Under the pieces are notes generated by a model, which saw only the letters and a program-made list of their open reading frames with translations, ran no database searches and had not been told where the DNA came from. A stretch of 64,000 nt of DNA from the NCBI GenBank assembly GCA_964188305.1, contig OZ076896.1; one strand, written 5' to 3'. Positions 34,960-47,250 of this stretch are shown here, piece after piece. The first letter of the stretch is position 1. Each line of letters begins with the position of its first letter. The DNA comes from Podarcis bocagei. Lineage: Eukaryota. Position numbers and translations under genes: made by a program.

Positions 34960-35597
34960 CTAAAAACAGAACATTTTATCTACCAATTATCCTTCATGGA
35001 TATGATCATCTCTATGTCCACCATTTGGACTTATAAACAGAGTAGTGTCTTTCATCCTCAAATTGTGTATCCTTCCTTTCACTTGCCAATTTAAAAAGTA
35101 ATGGCTCCAAATAAAATTGGAAGTAGATCCTAGTTCAGGTCAAGGTTAGGATTTGGAGGGGGGAGTGCCCAGACAGAGCTCGGACTAGACTGCAGGCAAC
35201 TCTCAAGTTACATTGTGATTATGTTCCAGATAGCGCCTAAAGCCAAAATAATGTATCGTCAAAACCCATGGGGTTCTTGAGTGGGTGGGCTTCCCAAACG
35301 GGTTTTTTTCCTGGATGCTCACCCCATTTTTACCATCTTTTTAATTTATTTTAATTTCTTAATTTGCCAAGAGCATAAAGCTGAATGTGTATAAGTTGTG
35401 AGTTACCAAAACAAATAATAAATGCTTCTACATTTAACTGACAGCACACACTTGTCTTTTACATTTTGTCCCAAATGCCCCGGAGATTAAAAGAGCTCTC
35501 AGATAACATCTCTTCCAGAAGAAAAATATTTGTTGAAGAATCCCTCTGTGAACAAAAATCTGCTGCATTCTTCATTTTTAAGGCAGCAATAACTTAC

Positions 35598-35701
35598 CCT
35601 GTCCATAATGCCCATTGCCTTAATTTTAGCAGATTCACTGCCCAATTCACTAAGCTGATGCTTTCCCAATAAAAACTCCTGAGGAATTTCATCATCATCA
35701 C
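35598..35701 (-). CDS. NIPBL: NIPBL exon 15
   Basis: DDDEIPQEFLLGKHQLSELGSESAKIKAMGIMDR; 104 nt. Confidence 0.95.
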
Positions 35702-36985
35702 CTAAAGAAGAAGAAATTAAAAGATTTCATTTTTCTTTTCAATGCAGCAGCATGACAGAGCCATTTTAAAGATAGACATCAATATCTCAAGAAAGTTATA
35801 GCTGTTGTTTTTATTTTACCTTTGTTCCTTATTTTTCCAGTTTTCAGTTCACCTTAGTTGTGTATCAGTTTGCATTTTTTTTTAAGTTCACTAATAATTT
35901 GTGTGCATTTTCATGTGCATTTCACGTAATATATACTTTTTGTATGCAAATTTGCCTAATATATGCATTTCTGTGTACACTCTCCCCAAATATATGCTTT
36001 TTTATAAGCATATTTTTGTTGCAGAAATGCATCACAGTTCATGTATCAGTTTGGGAGATGTGACTACAGAGAATGTGAGCCCAACTAATTTCTCCATCCT
36101 TCTCAACTACAGAAGTATAGGCTAGAAGACTGTCTCTCAAAACCTCACTCAGAGTTTCTCAAAATGCTCCATAGATCAGCTCCATTCAATTGGTCCATTG
36201 AAACATTGCTGAAGAATTGAGAAGTTAGGAACTTTAAATTTTTGTGATGACAGAAACTGAAGCTGTTTTGAGCAGGGCTGAATTATCAAACAGGCTAACA
36301 AGACCATAATCTAAGGTTCATGATCCAGGGGGACCCCCTATGCCATTCCATGGTTTAATATGAATGAGCAGTGTGTTGTGCATGCTGCTCAAAAGTCTTG
36401 GCTTTGATCCTTCTGTGTGACTTGAATGCTGGAAACAAATCATAAGCACTGGCATGTTGTCAAGCAAACCTTGGCTCACATTTTGTTTCCCCCCAACGAA
36501 ACACAAGTGGTACACAGAAGATGACTTAGCTATTATTCATGGTTTATTTAGTGAGAAGCAAACCACAAGCCTGAGTCTAGATGACACAACAAGCTGCTCC
36601 TGGTGCAGCCAAGAAAGCAGGAGGAGCGAAGTGGTGACTCCACCAGTACACTGCTCAATTGCATAAAACAATTAAGGTGTAAATGATGTGTAAACATAGC
36701 CAATGTCTGCAAGTACAGCAGTTAGAGATCCCTGGCAAAAGTTGGATAAAAAAAACCCTGAATTTCAGAACAAAAGTCTAAGCAACACAATCATTCCACC
36801 CTGTCTAAACAGGATTTTTTGTGCTGGTTGCAATGACTATTCCTTCTTGAATTCTCAAGCAGTGCCATGGGGAGGGGGAGTTTTAGGAAAATAGTATTCA
36901 AGTCCACTGAAGATGTCAGTCAAAAAGGCCGATATATATATATATAGCAATCTATGTATCATTTGATAGGAAAAGGATTATTTAC

Positions 36986-37075
36986 CAAATGCAGTATAAT
37001 CCATGTCTTCCAAATTGTCCAAAATATTTTCTACTGAAGCGCTGAACCTCTTGAAGGTAGACGAATCCATCATTT
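36986..37075 (-). CDS. NIPBL: NIPBL exon 14
   Basis: MMDSSTFKRFSASVENILDNLEDMDYTAF; 90 nt. Confidence 0.95.
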
Positions 37076-37180
37076 CTAATAAAAATATGAAGTATAGTAT
37101 ATTTGAGCCATGGTCAATTAATGGCAACTAACAATGACAAAGACATTAAAGGTAGGAAACAACGGTGGCAGCAACCTTAC

Positions 37181-37252
37181 CTTCTGGTGTTAGCTTTGGT
37201 TCATAAGCTTTCCTCTTCTTTTGTTTTTCTCTTTTCTTCATTTTTCTAGCCA
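37181..37252 (-). CDS. NIPBL: NIPBL exon 13
   Basis: ARKMKKREKQKKRKAYEPKLTPE; 72 nt; AAG acceptor. Confidence 0.93.
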
Positions 37253-38071
37253 CTTAAAATATAAAATAGAACATTTCCACAAATGTTTTCTTATATGGCA
37301 ATGGACAGATTGTGTTCAGACATCACAATAATCATGGTTTATAGAGATGGGAATGAGCCCAGCCTCCTCCCTGGCTCATATGCTCTCCTCTCCTCCTGCT
37401 GCATGGCTGTGAGAGGAGACAGGAAACTTTTGCTTCCGCTTTCAGTTACCTGAAGCTTAGCATTATGTCCAAACCCTAAACTGAGGTCAATCTTAATTAT
37501 GGGTTGTTGAAATAAACTAGCTTCACAGCCAAGGTTAACAGCTTCCAAGCAAACCAGGATCACAATCCAAATTTAAACCATGTTTGACTTCCAAATCCTG
37601 ACTTGTTTCAAAGCCATTAACCATAGTTCCTGGTTCACATGAATGGAAAGCTATGGACAATTGCAGCTTCTTGGTTTGTTTTGTTGCCTACATAAAAGGA
37701 GAAGCTACGCAGGGGCTATATGTAAGTACATACAGCTCATGTATTATTGCGGCTTATTAAGCCAAGATTTCATCGTGTGAGTGCAGTAATTCTTAGGTTC
37801 AGGTAGCTGTGTCACATGTAATCAATTTCAAAGACTTCCACACTCCTCCTTGGGGACATACTGGAGTAGAAGAGGAATACAAGCCAGGGGAGACTAGGCT
37901 TCTTCCTGTCACTATAAAGTATGGTTTATCATGACATTCAATATGACCAATACAACTTTAAAACTATCTGTCAATAAGTCAGGTTTTTAAGAATACTTTT
38001 TTAAAAAATTAAGCCTTAGGAAAAAATTATCACTAATGTGAGAGCAAGTTTAACAGTGGTGTGATAATTAC

Positions 38072-38275
38072 CCTCACTGAGGCTAGGAGGGGGAGAATAA
38101 TCATCTACATCTGAGTCTTCTGGACTACGATTGCGATATCGACTGCTACCAGAGCTCCTCCTTCCTTCATGATAGTGGCTACTCCTTTTATGTTCTCCAG
38201 AAGCTCGTCTGTCATGTTCTTCATATTGCCAAGCTTTATCATCCTCTCTATCCTTTTTATGCCTTTTCCGAGAAG
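38072..38275 (-). CDS. NIPBL: NIPBL exon 12
   Basis: SRKRHKKDREDDKAWQYEEHDRR...DDYSPPPSLSE; 204 nt. Confidence 0.93.
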
Positions 38276-39807
38276 CTAGAAATTAACACACTGTTATGAA
38301 TGCAAAGTCCAGTTTAAAGAAACTCAACTTATCTTCCAGCTAGGAGCAATTCACAAGCATGTTTTCACTTCTTTCTTGGTGCAGTAGTAATCATGGAGGA
38401 CAAACTGATAAAGCTCAAGTTGCTAAATTCTACTGAAAGTTTTCAAGCACAGTATTCAATATACAGAAACACAGAAGCCCATCCTTTCCTGTTTCTGCTC
38501 CCAAAAGCTTTTTCAACCTTGTATTTCTTGTCTAAGGTATTGCTGTGCTTACCTGGGCTTCATTTCTCACCTTCGATTTTTGAGTCAAGATCTGTATAAG
38601 CTATTATTATGGTTGATGTCTGACTTTCATTTGCTGTTTTCACTTCAGAAATTCCCACTGCTAAATATATAGGCTGAAGTGTGGGTTGTTTTTGTTTGTT
38701 TGTTTGAGGTAGTGCTAGTGGTAGTTTTTTTAAAAAAAAATTAAGCAGCAACATCCCAGATGTGCATGCAGAACTGACTTGTGTGCCAGCCACTTCTTTG
38801 AAACCTTGAAGCTGTTGCAGAATTCCTTTACTTACATTATTTCTCTTGCTCACTGAAACAAACATGTTCTCTCTTCTTTACCATTTTCATCCCTGGCTCC
38901 AAATATCATCAGGTGTTCAGTTTATATGTCTGATTCTCACTTTTCAGGCTCTCAAAAGTTGGAGGGGGGCCCTTAAAAATATATATATTGATGTTCCTGC
39001 CTGGACTCTACATTAATCTGACCCTCTTCTTGATAGACCTAATGTCTCTTATCCTATCAAACTTCTGCAACCTTTCTGCAACCTTTCTTCTTTTGCCTCT
39101 CCCTTAATAAGAAAATTAGTATGTTCCAGAAAAGTTTCAAAATGTAAGTTTGAATTTCCCTCCTATGCCTTTTCTCCCTCTTACTCTTTATAAAAATTGC
39201 CTATTGGTTGAAATTAGTGTTCCTTGACTGGATAAAACTGTGTATCTCTAGCTTCAGTTACTGAAAGGTATACTTTTTAGCTAAAACTTTGATTTTCATT
39301 TCAAGACCAAGGACACCATTATCTGTATTATTACTTTCAATTTTCCCCTAATTCTTTTAATTTTGTTTTAGAAATACAATTAAATTGCAAAACACTTTGT
39401 TTAGGGCCTATTCATTTTATCTTCTTGTAAATAAAGCGTATCTGTAGCACCATGAAAGTAGGACAGGAACCCAGAAGTAGGCATGTGCATGTTATTTTCC
39501 ACTCCAAAATTTTTCAAACCCTTCCACTGAACCATAAAACCTTTCTTCTGATGTTTCTTTACATTTTGTTCACTTTTTGCTCAGTTTCTAGGAAGGGAAG
39601 GAAAACATAGTAAGCCATCTTTTTCAGCCCAACTAGTTCATTAAAGGTGATTAAATTTTCTATAAAACACAACTTCCTGAAGCACCACAGATGAGTTCTC
39701 AAAATAAATTTGTTTACTGTTTAAAGAAAAAGAGCCATGTATGAGTTCCATGACTACGTTTATCTCTGTATTGTAGTGAATTCCTATTAAGTGACCTTTG
39801 TCTAAGT

Positions 39808-39943
39808 CAGGCATAGGCAAACTCAGCTCTCCAGATGTTTTGGGACTACAACTCCCATCATCCCAAGCTAACAGGACCAGTGGTCAGGGATGATGGGAGT
39901 TGTAGTCCCAAAATATCTGGAGGGCCGAGTTTGCCTATGCCTT
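39808..39943. mobile_element. hAT-type palindromic MITE
   Basis: TIR CAGGCATAGGCAAACTC; 8-bp TSD GTCTAAGT. Confidence 0.88.
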
Positions 39944-40373
39944 GTCTAAGTTATTTCCCCAAGAGTTGCCATACTACACCAGCATACCTCAACACAGCCT
40001 ACTATAGTTTCCTCAATATGTCTACAGTACCCTACACAAGAAAACCATCCAGACTTGTGAAGGAGAGCCAGTAGCTAAATTCTGTCTCAGCTCCTATTTG
40101 CTTTTATCTAAGGTACTCAAAATGTGACACTGCAGGTTACTTAGCTGTCTCCTTACTATGCTGAATCAGGAAGTGATTTACTTCAGACACTGGGTTACTC
40201 GATGAAGACCACAGAATGCTGGGAATGTGTACACCTACTTGGTCCCCCCCCCCATGTGAACTACCCTGGCCTCATCCTTGTTGATCTGGCAGGACTGATT
40301 AGGAAGACACCATAAACCATTTTTAACACAATATATCACCGTTATCAAAATGAGAAATCACCACTCTACTTAC

Positions 40374-40556
40374 TTTCAAAAGCTACTTCACTGTCATTGT
40401 CATCATCAGAACTGATTTCAGCATATTTTGGTTTTTCATTTACTGTGCTACGCTTACGTTTGTTCATTTTCACTCGTTCACAGAGAGGCATGGTAGATTC
40501 AATTTCTGCTAGGAGTTCTGGAGGTAATTCCTTTAACACTGACTGATCTATGCTAC
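40374..40556 (-). CDS. NIPBL: NIPBL exon 11
   Basis: SIDQSVLKELPPELLAEIESTMPLCERVKMNKRKRS...; 183 nt. Confidence 0.95.
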
Positions 40557-42232
40557 CTATCAATGAAGAGTACACTGTGAGTGAATAAGGTTCAAAACAA
40601 ATTAATATTTGCATGTGTTGATTAGAACTTTCACCTGTCCTTTCACACAGTATCACAATAGTTTCTAAAACTTAAAAAGTTATAGCAACTAGCAACACAC
40701 AGCATTATCAACAAAAATAACTAATTCAAACTTTAAAGTACAAATTGTTAATTAAAATATCAAATCAATCAAGAGCTCTCGTTTGCAAAAAATAAAACTT
40801 TAAAAAATCATCTCTCTCTTAGAAGCAGCCTTCTTCAGCATGACTCTTCATAAGCACAATACACAACATTATATTTGCAACCATTCATTACCCATTTCAT
40901 ATTTGCATATGTAAGCAGATTGTGCATGTAACCAGATGAAGGCAACTTTGAAAAGCTAGTTATGTTGACAAAATGCATATTTCCAACTTATAGCAGAGCA
41001 ACTTTACATGCATCTTTAGATACACTGGCATCATTTACAATAAGCATACTGTACAAACAAGTGGCAAATACATCAATAATACGGTTCAATTCAAGGACAT
41101 GCCCCCTCTTGCCCTCAGCAAAGCCTTAACACAGTGAGCTGTGTTGCAAGCAGCTGACAGTAACTGCTGAACATTGGGTGAAGGTGCCTCCCACAAGTTT
41201 CTGCTCACAAAAAGTGCTTCTCTCCAACTTTTGGTGAGCCTCCCCACCCCCATAAAGACTTTCTGGGAGTCACCTTCAAATGATGTGAGAAATGAAAAAT
41301 TTCCTACAGAAAAAGAAAGCATTGGAAAATTTTCTATTTCATATGTTCATTAAGAGCAATGATAGAATGTCAAATGCAAAGAAGGCAATAGGTAAGCTTG
41401 GCAGTTTCAAAATTTTTAACTTTGTTTACTGAATACAAGCAAAGTATGCTTGCTAAATCAGATCATTCTCTCTAGTCTCTGCTCCCCTCCTGTACTATTT
41501 ATCCACAGTGAGCTGCAACATAACCACTGTGAAAACAAGGATCTTTCTCCAGTTATGAGAAATGAGACATTACCCTTCTCTAACAGAACAAATGACTGAG
41601 GATGAGATAAAACTCACAGACACCTCTTCTCCCACTTTGACCACCTGATGCATACTTCCACCCTCTAGATTGTTCAGTTATCTAAAATGTTTAATACATC
41701 TGTCATGAAATCAGTTCATGTGCTCAAATTAAAGCCTCTGACCCAGATATTAGTTATAGATCAAGAGCTATTTAAATAAACCAGTTTTACATTAACTATC
41801 GAAGTATGCTTGTTTTACAGCTTAATTACTATTGTCTCAGGCACATCTGTGAAAGGAAATAGTTCATTTTTTGAAGTGACAATGAAATCAAGAAATAAAC
41901 CCAGCTGTAGGTCTTAAATGCAGACAATAATGACAACATTCACATATCACAGTGAGCCAGAAACCATGGTGTACCATGCACAAGCCCATTATACCTACTC
42001 TGCTCCTCCCTGCTTGTGCTGAGGAACAAAGCTTACCATGGACATGTGAATGTAGCCATTTTTTTTTTAATGCTAAAATGGGAGTTGTAGTTCCAGCATC
42101 AGTGACCGTACAGTAATTGCTCTGTTTAAGGATAGATCTCAATATTTTGCAACCAAACATAGACTGAAAGCTAGCCACTCTTCTACATTCAGCTAATGTT
42201 TACAGAAATAAAGACATATAATACACTGATGC

Positions 42233-42235
<3 letters not shown>

Positions 42236-42294
<59 letters not shown>

Positions 42295-42310
42295 GTATGT
42301 ATATATATAT
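42236..42310. repeat. (AT)n microsatellite
   Basis: Direct read. Confidence 0.95.
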
Positions 42311-43344
42311 TTGAAATTTGCATTAATTATAGTTACACGTGTGTGTGCTATGTAATAGTATCATGTTGAGCAAAAACCTTTAAAGGAAAGGATATTAATA
42401 ACTGAGAAAGGACTACCATGTGTAGAAATGTGTAAATTAGCTACAACCTGGACAAGAACAGAAATGCAAAACAAGCTGAACATGGTTAATTAGGTGTACA
42501 TGGCTGATCATCTGCTTATACTGTACAATATTTACAAAAACAAATTAATTTCCACTTTTTAGGTTGATATGCAGAATTAAACAGCACGAAATCTTCATCT
42601 GAGGCTCTTCTTTGTGTGCTTCTGTCAACTGAGCTTCAGCGGGTGGCTACAAGTGAAAGAATCTTCTTGATAGTGGCACACTTCCTCCTCAAAGAATTCC
42701 AGCCGGCGCTTACTGCAATGCCTTTTCAGCACCAAATACAGTTTTATTTTCACAAACCTACTAAATCATGATTTTTCCCCTCTTTGTTTTCTTTTATCTG
42801 TTTTGATCCAAGTATACTTTGTTGATAAAGTATTAAACAGGGAAATGATTATGTAACCATTATTTCCCGAAATCTAGGCAGATTGGAGCCTTCTGAGAAA
42901 TTCCAACTTTAGGACAAGCCTACACCTGGAAATTTTAGAGCCATGTTTGTTTCATTATACCAAGCTAATATTGGTCATACCAATATGAAATTAAAAGACA
43001 TGACTAATTTAGACCCATTAAAAGTCCACATTGGTTATACGTAGCTGGATAAAACAGATAGTATTGATTTTACTATTTTTCTGAAAGATGCAGCAGGTTA
43101 CCACCAAAGATGAAAGCTAGGAACCCTAAGAAATAACGCCCAAGTAAATATATAATAAACTCGATTCCACAACTAGGCTGAAATAAAAACATGTACTTTT
43201 CCTGTGGGGTAGAAAATCAACACTTACAATACTTTTATCTTTGTTAAACAACCTTTTTGGATAATCAAGCTATATAAGTACAATCTAATACAAAACAATC
43301 CCTAATATGTTTACCCATACTGATTTAGGAAAGTCATGGTTAGG

Positions 43345-43388
43345 AACAACAACAGCAGCAACAACAACAACAACAACAACAACAACAA
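43345..43388. repeat. (AAC)n microsatellite, interrupted by CAG units
   Basis: Direct read. Confidence 0.9.
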
Positions 43389-43472
43389 GAAAAACCCTCT
43401 CTACCAAAATTAAAATTTAGAATAAAACACACCACAATACTAAACATAATGGATAAAAACTTGAAAACTTAC

Positions 43473-44981
43473 CTTTGTTTGATCTGGATGACTTGTTTTT
43501 GTTAGGTTTAAAACAAGAGCTTTTAGATTTGTCTTCTCTATCCTTAATAATTTTTTGTACATCATCCAAAGAAAGCTTCTGCAGAACAACAACTGGTTTA
43601 GCTCCTTTATTTAGATCCTCCACAAGCCCAATCTTCTCAACTTTGTCCTTCGGTTCACCCTTAATTTCTGATTTCCTTGCTTCGTGCATGACATTACCAT
43701 CTTTATCACGTTTGATTTTTGGAATGATAAAGTGTTTCAAAGCCCCCGATCTTCCCCCCAACAAATAACTGGGAAATTCCGCTTTATTGTCTGTGTGTGC
43801 TTTGTTACTATCCATTTTGCTCTTATTACCATCTGTCCTTCGTTCATCTTTACTGTTGTGTGATTTAAAACCCGGTCTATCTGGCCTTAATTTACCAATA
43901 TCACTTTTACTTTCTTGTTTAATACGAGGGCTGTCAGGTCTTGATCTCTGATCCCCAGATGACAGCCTATCCCGGGAGTCACCAGACTCATGCCTGTGTT
44001 TTCTGTCTAGTTTTTCAGGTTTTGTGTTATCAGATTTAATGATATATTTAGAGTCATGCTCTCCCTTACTCGAAGACCTCAAATACTCAGGTCTTCTCAG
44101 CTTGGATGAATCTCCTCTGTGTCTTTCTGATTCACCCCTGTCCTCAGATTTTTGTTTAAGGTTATCATGATCCCGTCTTAGAGAGTCAGAAATTGAACGT
44201 CCATCTGTCCTCTGTTTTAATGCATCAGGCCTTTCAGATTTCACTCTGGAAGGATCAGATTTCATGTCCATTTTATATTTAGATATATCAGGCTTCTTTT
44301 CTGAAGATGATTTACCAGAATCCCGCCTGTTTTCATGTCTGTGTTTGGGGGTTTCTGGCCTGCCTTCATTCTTCTGCTTTGGAGTTTCTGGCCTGCCTTC
44401 ATTTTTCTGTTTTGGAGTATCTGGCCTCACTTCATTTTTCTGTTTTGGAGTCTCAGGTCGTTGCCTTATATCCTGTTTGCCATTATTCTGCTTGCTCTCG
44501 TTTGGTTTCACATCCACCTGTCTACTCTCATGTTTGCTCTCATGTTTAATTTCTGCCTGCTTGCTTTCAGTGTGTTTAGTTTCTATCCGTTTACTCTCAT
44601 TTTGCTGCACTTCTGCTTGTTTGTTTTCATTGTGTTGTACTTCCACCTTTACACCTTCGGAATCTGACTTTTTCCTAGGGATGTCAGGGTGGTTTTCAGA
44701 TTTTAGTTTAAGTACTCCAATAACATCCTCTTGAGGAACAAAAACAGAACCATCGTTACACTGCTTTATCTCTTCAGGCTTTTTGATGATGTCAGAGTCC
44801 TGAGTAGCAGTTGCCTGAGAGTCCGCCCGTCCTGCTTGTTGTAGATCAATACTAACCATCAAGGCTGGCCTTGACCCATTTCCTGCAGAACCTGTCTCCT
44901 GAGAAGCTGGTTTATTTCCTCCAGTAGCACCTCCAGCCTCCTGTGGATAGGAATCTTGTTTTCGTTTCTTCAAAGGCTTAT
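43473..44981 (-). CDS. NIPBL: NIPBL exon 10 (large exon with PETPKQK repeats and PxVxL motif)
   Basis: KPLKKRKQDSYPQEAGG...KPVVVLQKL...SSRSNK; 1509 nt; AG/GT. Confidence 0.97.
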
Positions 44982-45287
44982 CTGCAAATCAAAGAAAGAA
45001 TAAATTAAAAATGTTCATTTTAGTGAATATATCAAGGAAATGAAACATATGCATTTTTGTATGTTCATAGACTATGACACATAACTGGACTGCTGTAGAA
45101 AACAATATAACTTAAAATAAATTATGGAAAGCTACTGAGATTTAAAAATAAAACAGTGACACTAAATTATGTTTGAACCATCTACAGCAAGATAGAACCA
45201 ACTATACCAGCAAGAACAGGCAATAATTACATTTCATCAACATTCATTAAATAAATATTCTTTGAGGAATAAATATGATTCTGAATT

Positions 45288-45328
45288 ACATCTGTAACCT
45301 GAAGCATCTGTAACCCGAGGTACCACTG
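45288..45328. mobile_element. MITE family A terminal fragment
   Basis: TGTAACCTGAAGCATCTGTAACCCGAGGTACCACTG-TA. Confidence 0.7.
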
Positions 45329-47139
45329 TATTCGGTCTAAAAGATTTGTGGTTAGCAATGAGCTTTTACAAAATTCCTGACATCCACCAGGGGGAGCCCT
45401 GAGCTCTGCTGCCTGCCAATGCAAGAACTGCTAGGCAATGCTTATTTACAAATGTATCAGTGGGAATTGATAGGATTTGATTCCCCCCCCCCCCAACGCG
45501 GTTGAGCCAAGACTTCACCTGTTCTGGTGGTTACTTTCATTTTCTATTTTAGTTTTGTGGCTGCTTATTCCTAAACAAACAGCCCAGAATTTGGGGCAAC
45601 AAAAGGGAAGTCAACAAACAACTGTAGTAGCACCAAAGGGGGAGAGGAGGAAGCAAAGTAAAAATAAAAACAAAAACATCACCAATTCAAAAAATATACA
45701 ATAGGAAAAGCACCAGACCAAGAAAAGGCAAGTACTCAACAGAGAGCAAGGAGACTCAATCATCACCAACTGCAGGCAGGCAAAGTCAGTCTGGTGTGAG
45801 GGATCACTCCTCCCACCAGAGGCGGCAAAAGGCTTCAGTGAACCTGCCTGTTCCTTCCAGTAGGCAGTGCCATCTCCATGAGGAACACCATCCATCATTC
45901 TCTAGTAAACCCTCCCCTGCCACCAAAGTAAGGAACTTAAAAAACTAAAGGTAGCTAAACTAGGTCTCTTTAGTCCTGGCCACTGAAGCAGGGGTGGAAA
46001 AGGTGGAAGAAAACCCAATTTCTGAGAGACGGGTACCATAGCACTATAAAAGTGAAGGTGGAAAGAAAATCATTGCACAGAGAAATCCTGCCTCCTACTT
46101 GACTGAGCATAGAGCATGCCAGTGTCTGGGTGATTGGATAGTGCCAAAGAAAGAAATGACTAGTATTCAACAGTCACAAAATTCATTAATAAATCTATAG
46201 CTCTTGTACAGATTTTTAGGACTACAGAAATTATCATCCAGCAATCAGAACTCAGACCATCAGCCATGTCTTGTGGTCAGCAAGACAACCCACCTATTTT
46301 TACAGTCCTCAGGAGAACGAGTTTTGCCAAGGCAGAGTGGCTTGGGGAATCAGAAAGTAAACAGACATTATACACCTTTACACTTAAAACCTCATTATTT
46401 TTGTTCTCCTGGCATGCATTTGTTTGTATCCCTAAATACAATAATTTTAGTTGAACCAAAATTTCTCAAAAGCCTTTTTTTTCCCTGAAACAATTTGGAG
46501 ATTTCACCCAGAAAAATATGTCACTTTGAAAATTTTATCTGAATGCTCTCCACCATTTTTTGTGGTGAACACTTTTTCCTTCTACAATGCCTTCGAATGG
46601 TGTTAGGTCCAGGCAATGTAAAGAATGCAAAATGGTGGCCAGGCTGCCAACAGTTTCTTGCAACAGCAGCGGGGGGGGGGGGGATTAATGAGAAAAACAA
46701 GCTATACTACTGCTTTATAAGTTCTTACTTCGGTTGTATCAGTATCCGTTAGCTACACTGATTAGTGAGCTCTGATCCACAGGTACTATTTTTACCTGTA
46801 TGGATATTCTTAAAAAAACTACTTGGTATGCATTCCTTATTCATTATTTATTCATTATTTAATATGCAGGTTGCTCAGTATTATTTTTGTTGTCATTCAT
46901 TGTAATTAATGTCTTTAATTTCATTATCAGCTGACGAAGAGTCTAGTTCCAAACAGTTGATCCAATCCGGATATACTGTACTGCTTATTTGCTGATTGCT
47001 GTTGAATTTGTTACGTTGGAGCACCCACCACAATACTTCTTGGGCATTGAAAGGCATCCTGCCTGCAGAACTTTAGTTTATGGTTGCCATCAATTTTGAT
47101 TTTAATTAATTTTTATAATGTTTTTAGAATGTTGCACTA

Positions 47140-47200
47140 CTTTAGTGTTGTTAGCCGCCCTGAGCCCTGCTTCGGCTGGGGAGGGCAGGATATAAATAAA

Positions 47201-47250
<50 letters not shown>
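47140..47250 (+). mobile_element. LINE/SINE 3'-end fragment with (TAT)n tail
   Basis: AGCCGCCCTGAGCCCTGCTTCGGCTGGGAGGGCAGGATATAAATAAA followed by (TAT)n. Confidence 0.6.

Noticed and set aside
43475-44734. Plus-strand ORFs over exon 10
   Set aside because: They are antisense shadows of the repetitive NIPBL exon.
46925-46965. CTGACGA-AGAGTCTAGTTC-CAAAC, resembling a Penelope-type minimal hammerhead
   Set aside because: The core GAAA is broken (CAAA) and stems I and III are unconvincing. At most it is a decayed remnant; an Infernal search with hammerhead models would settle it.
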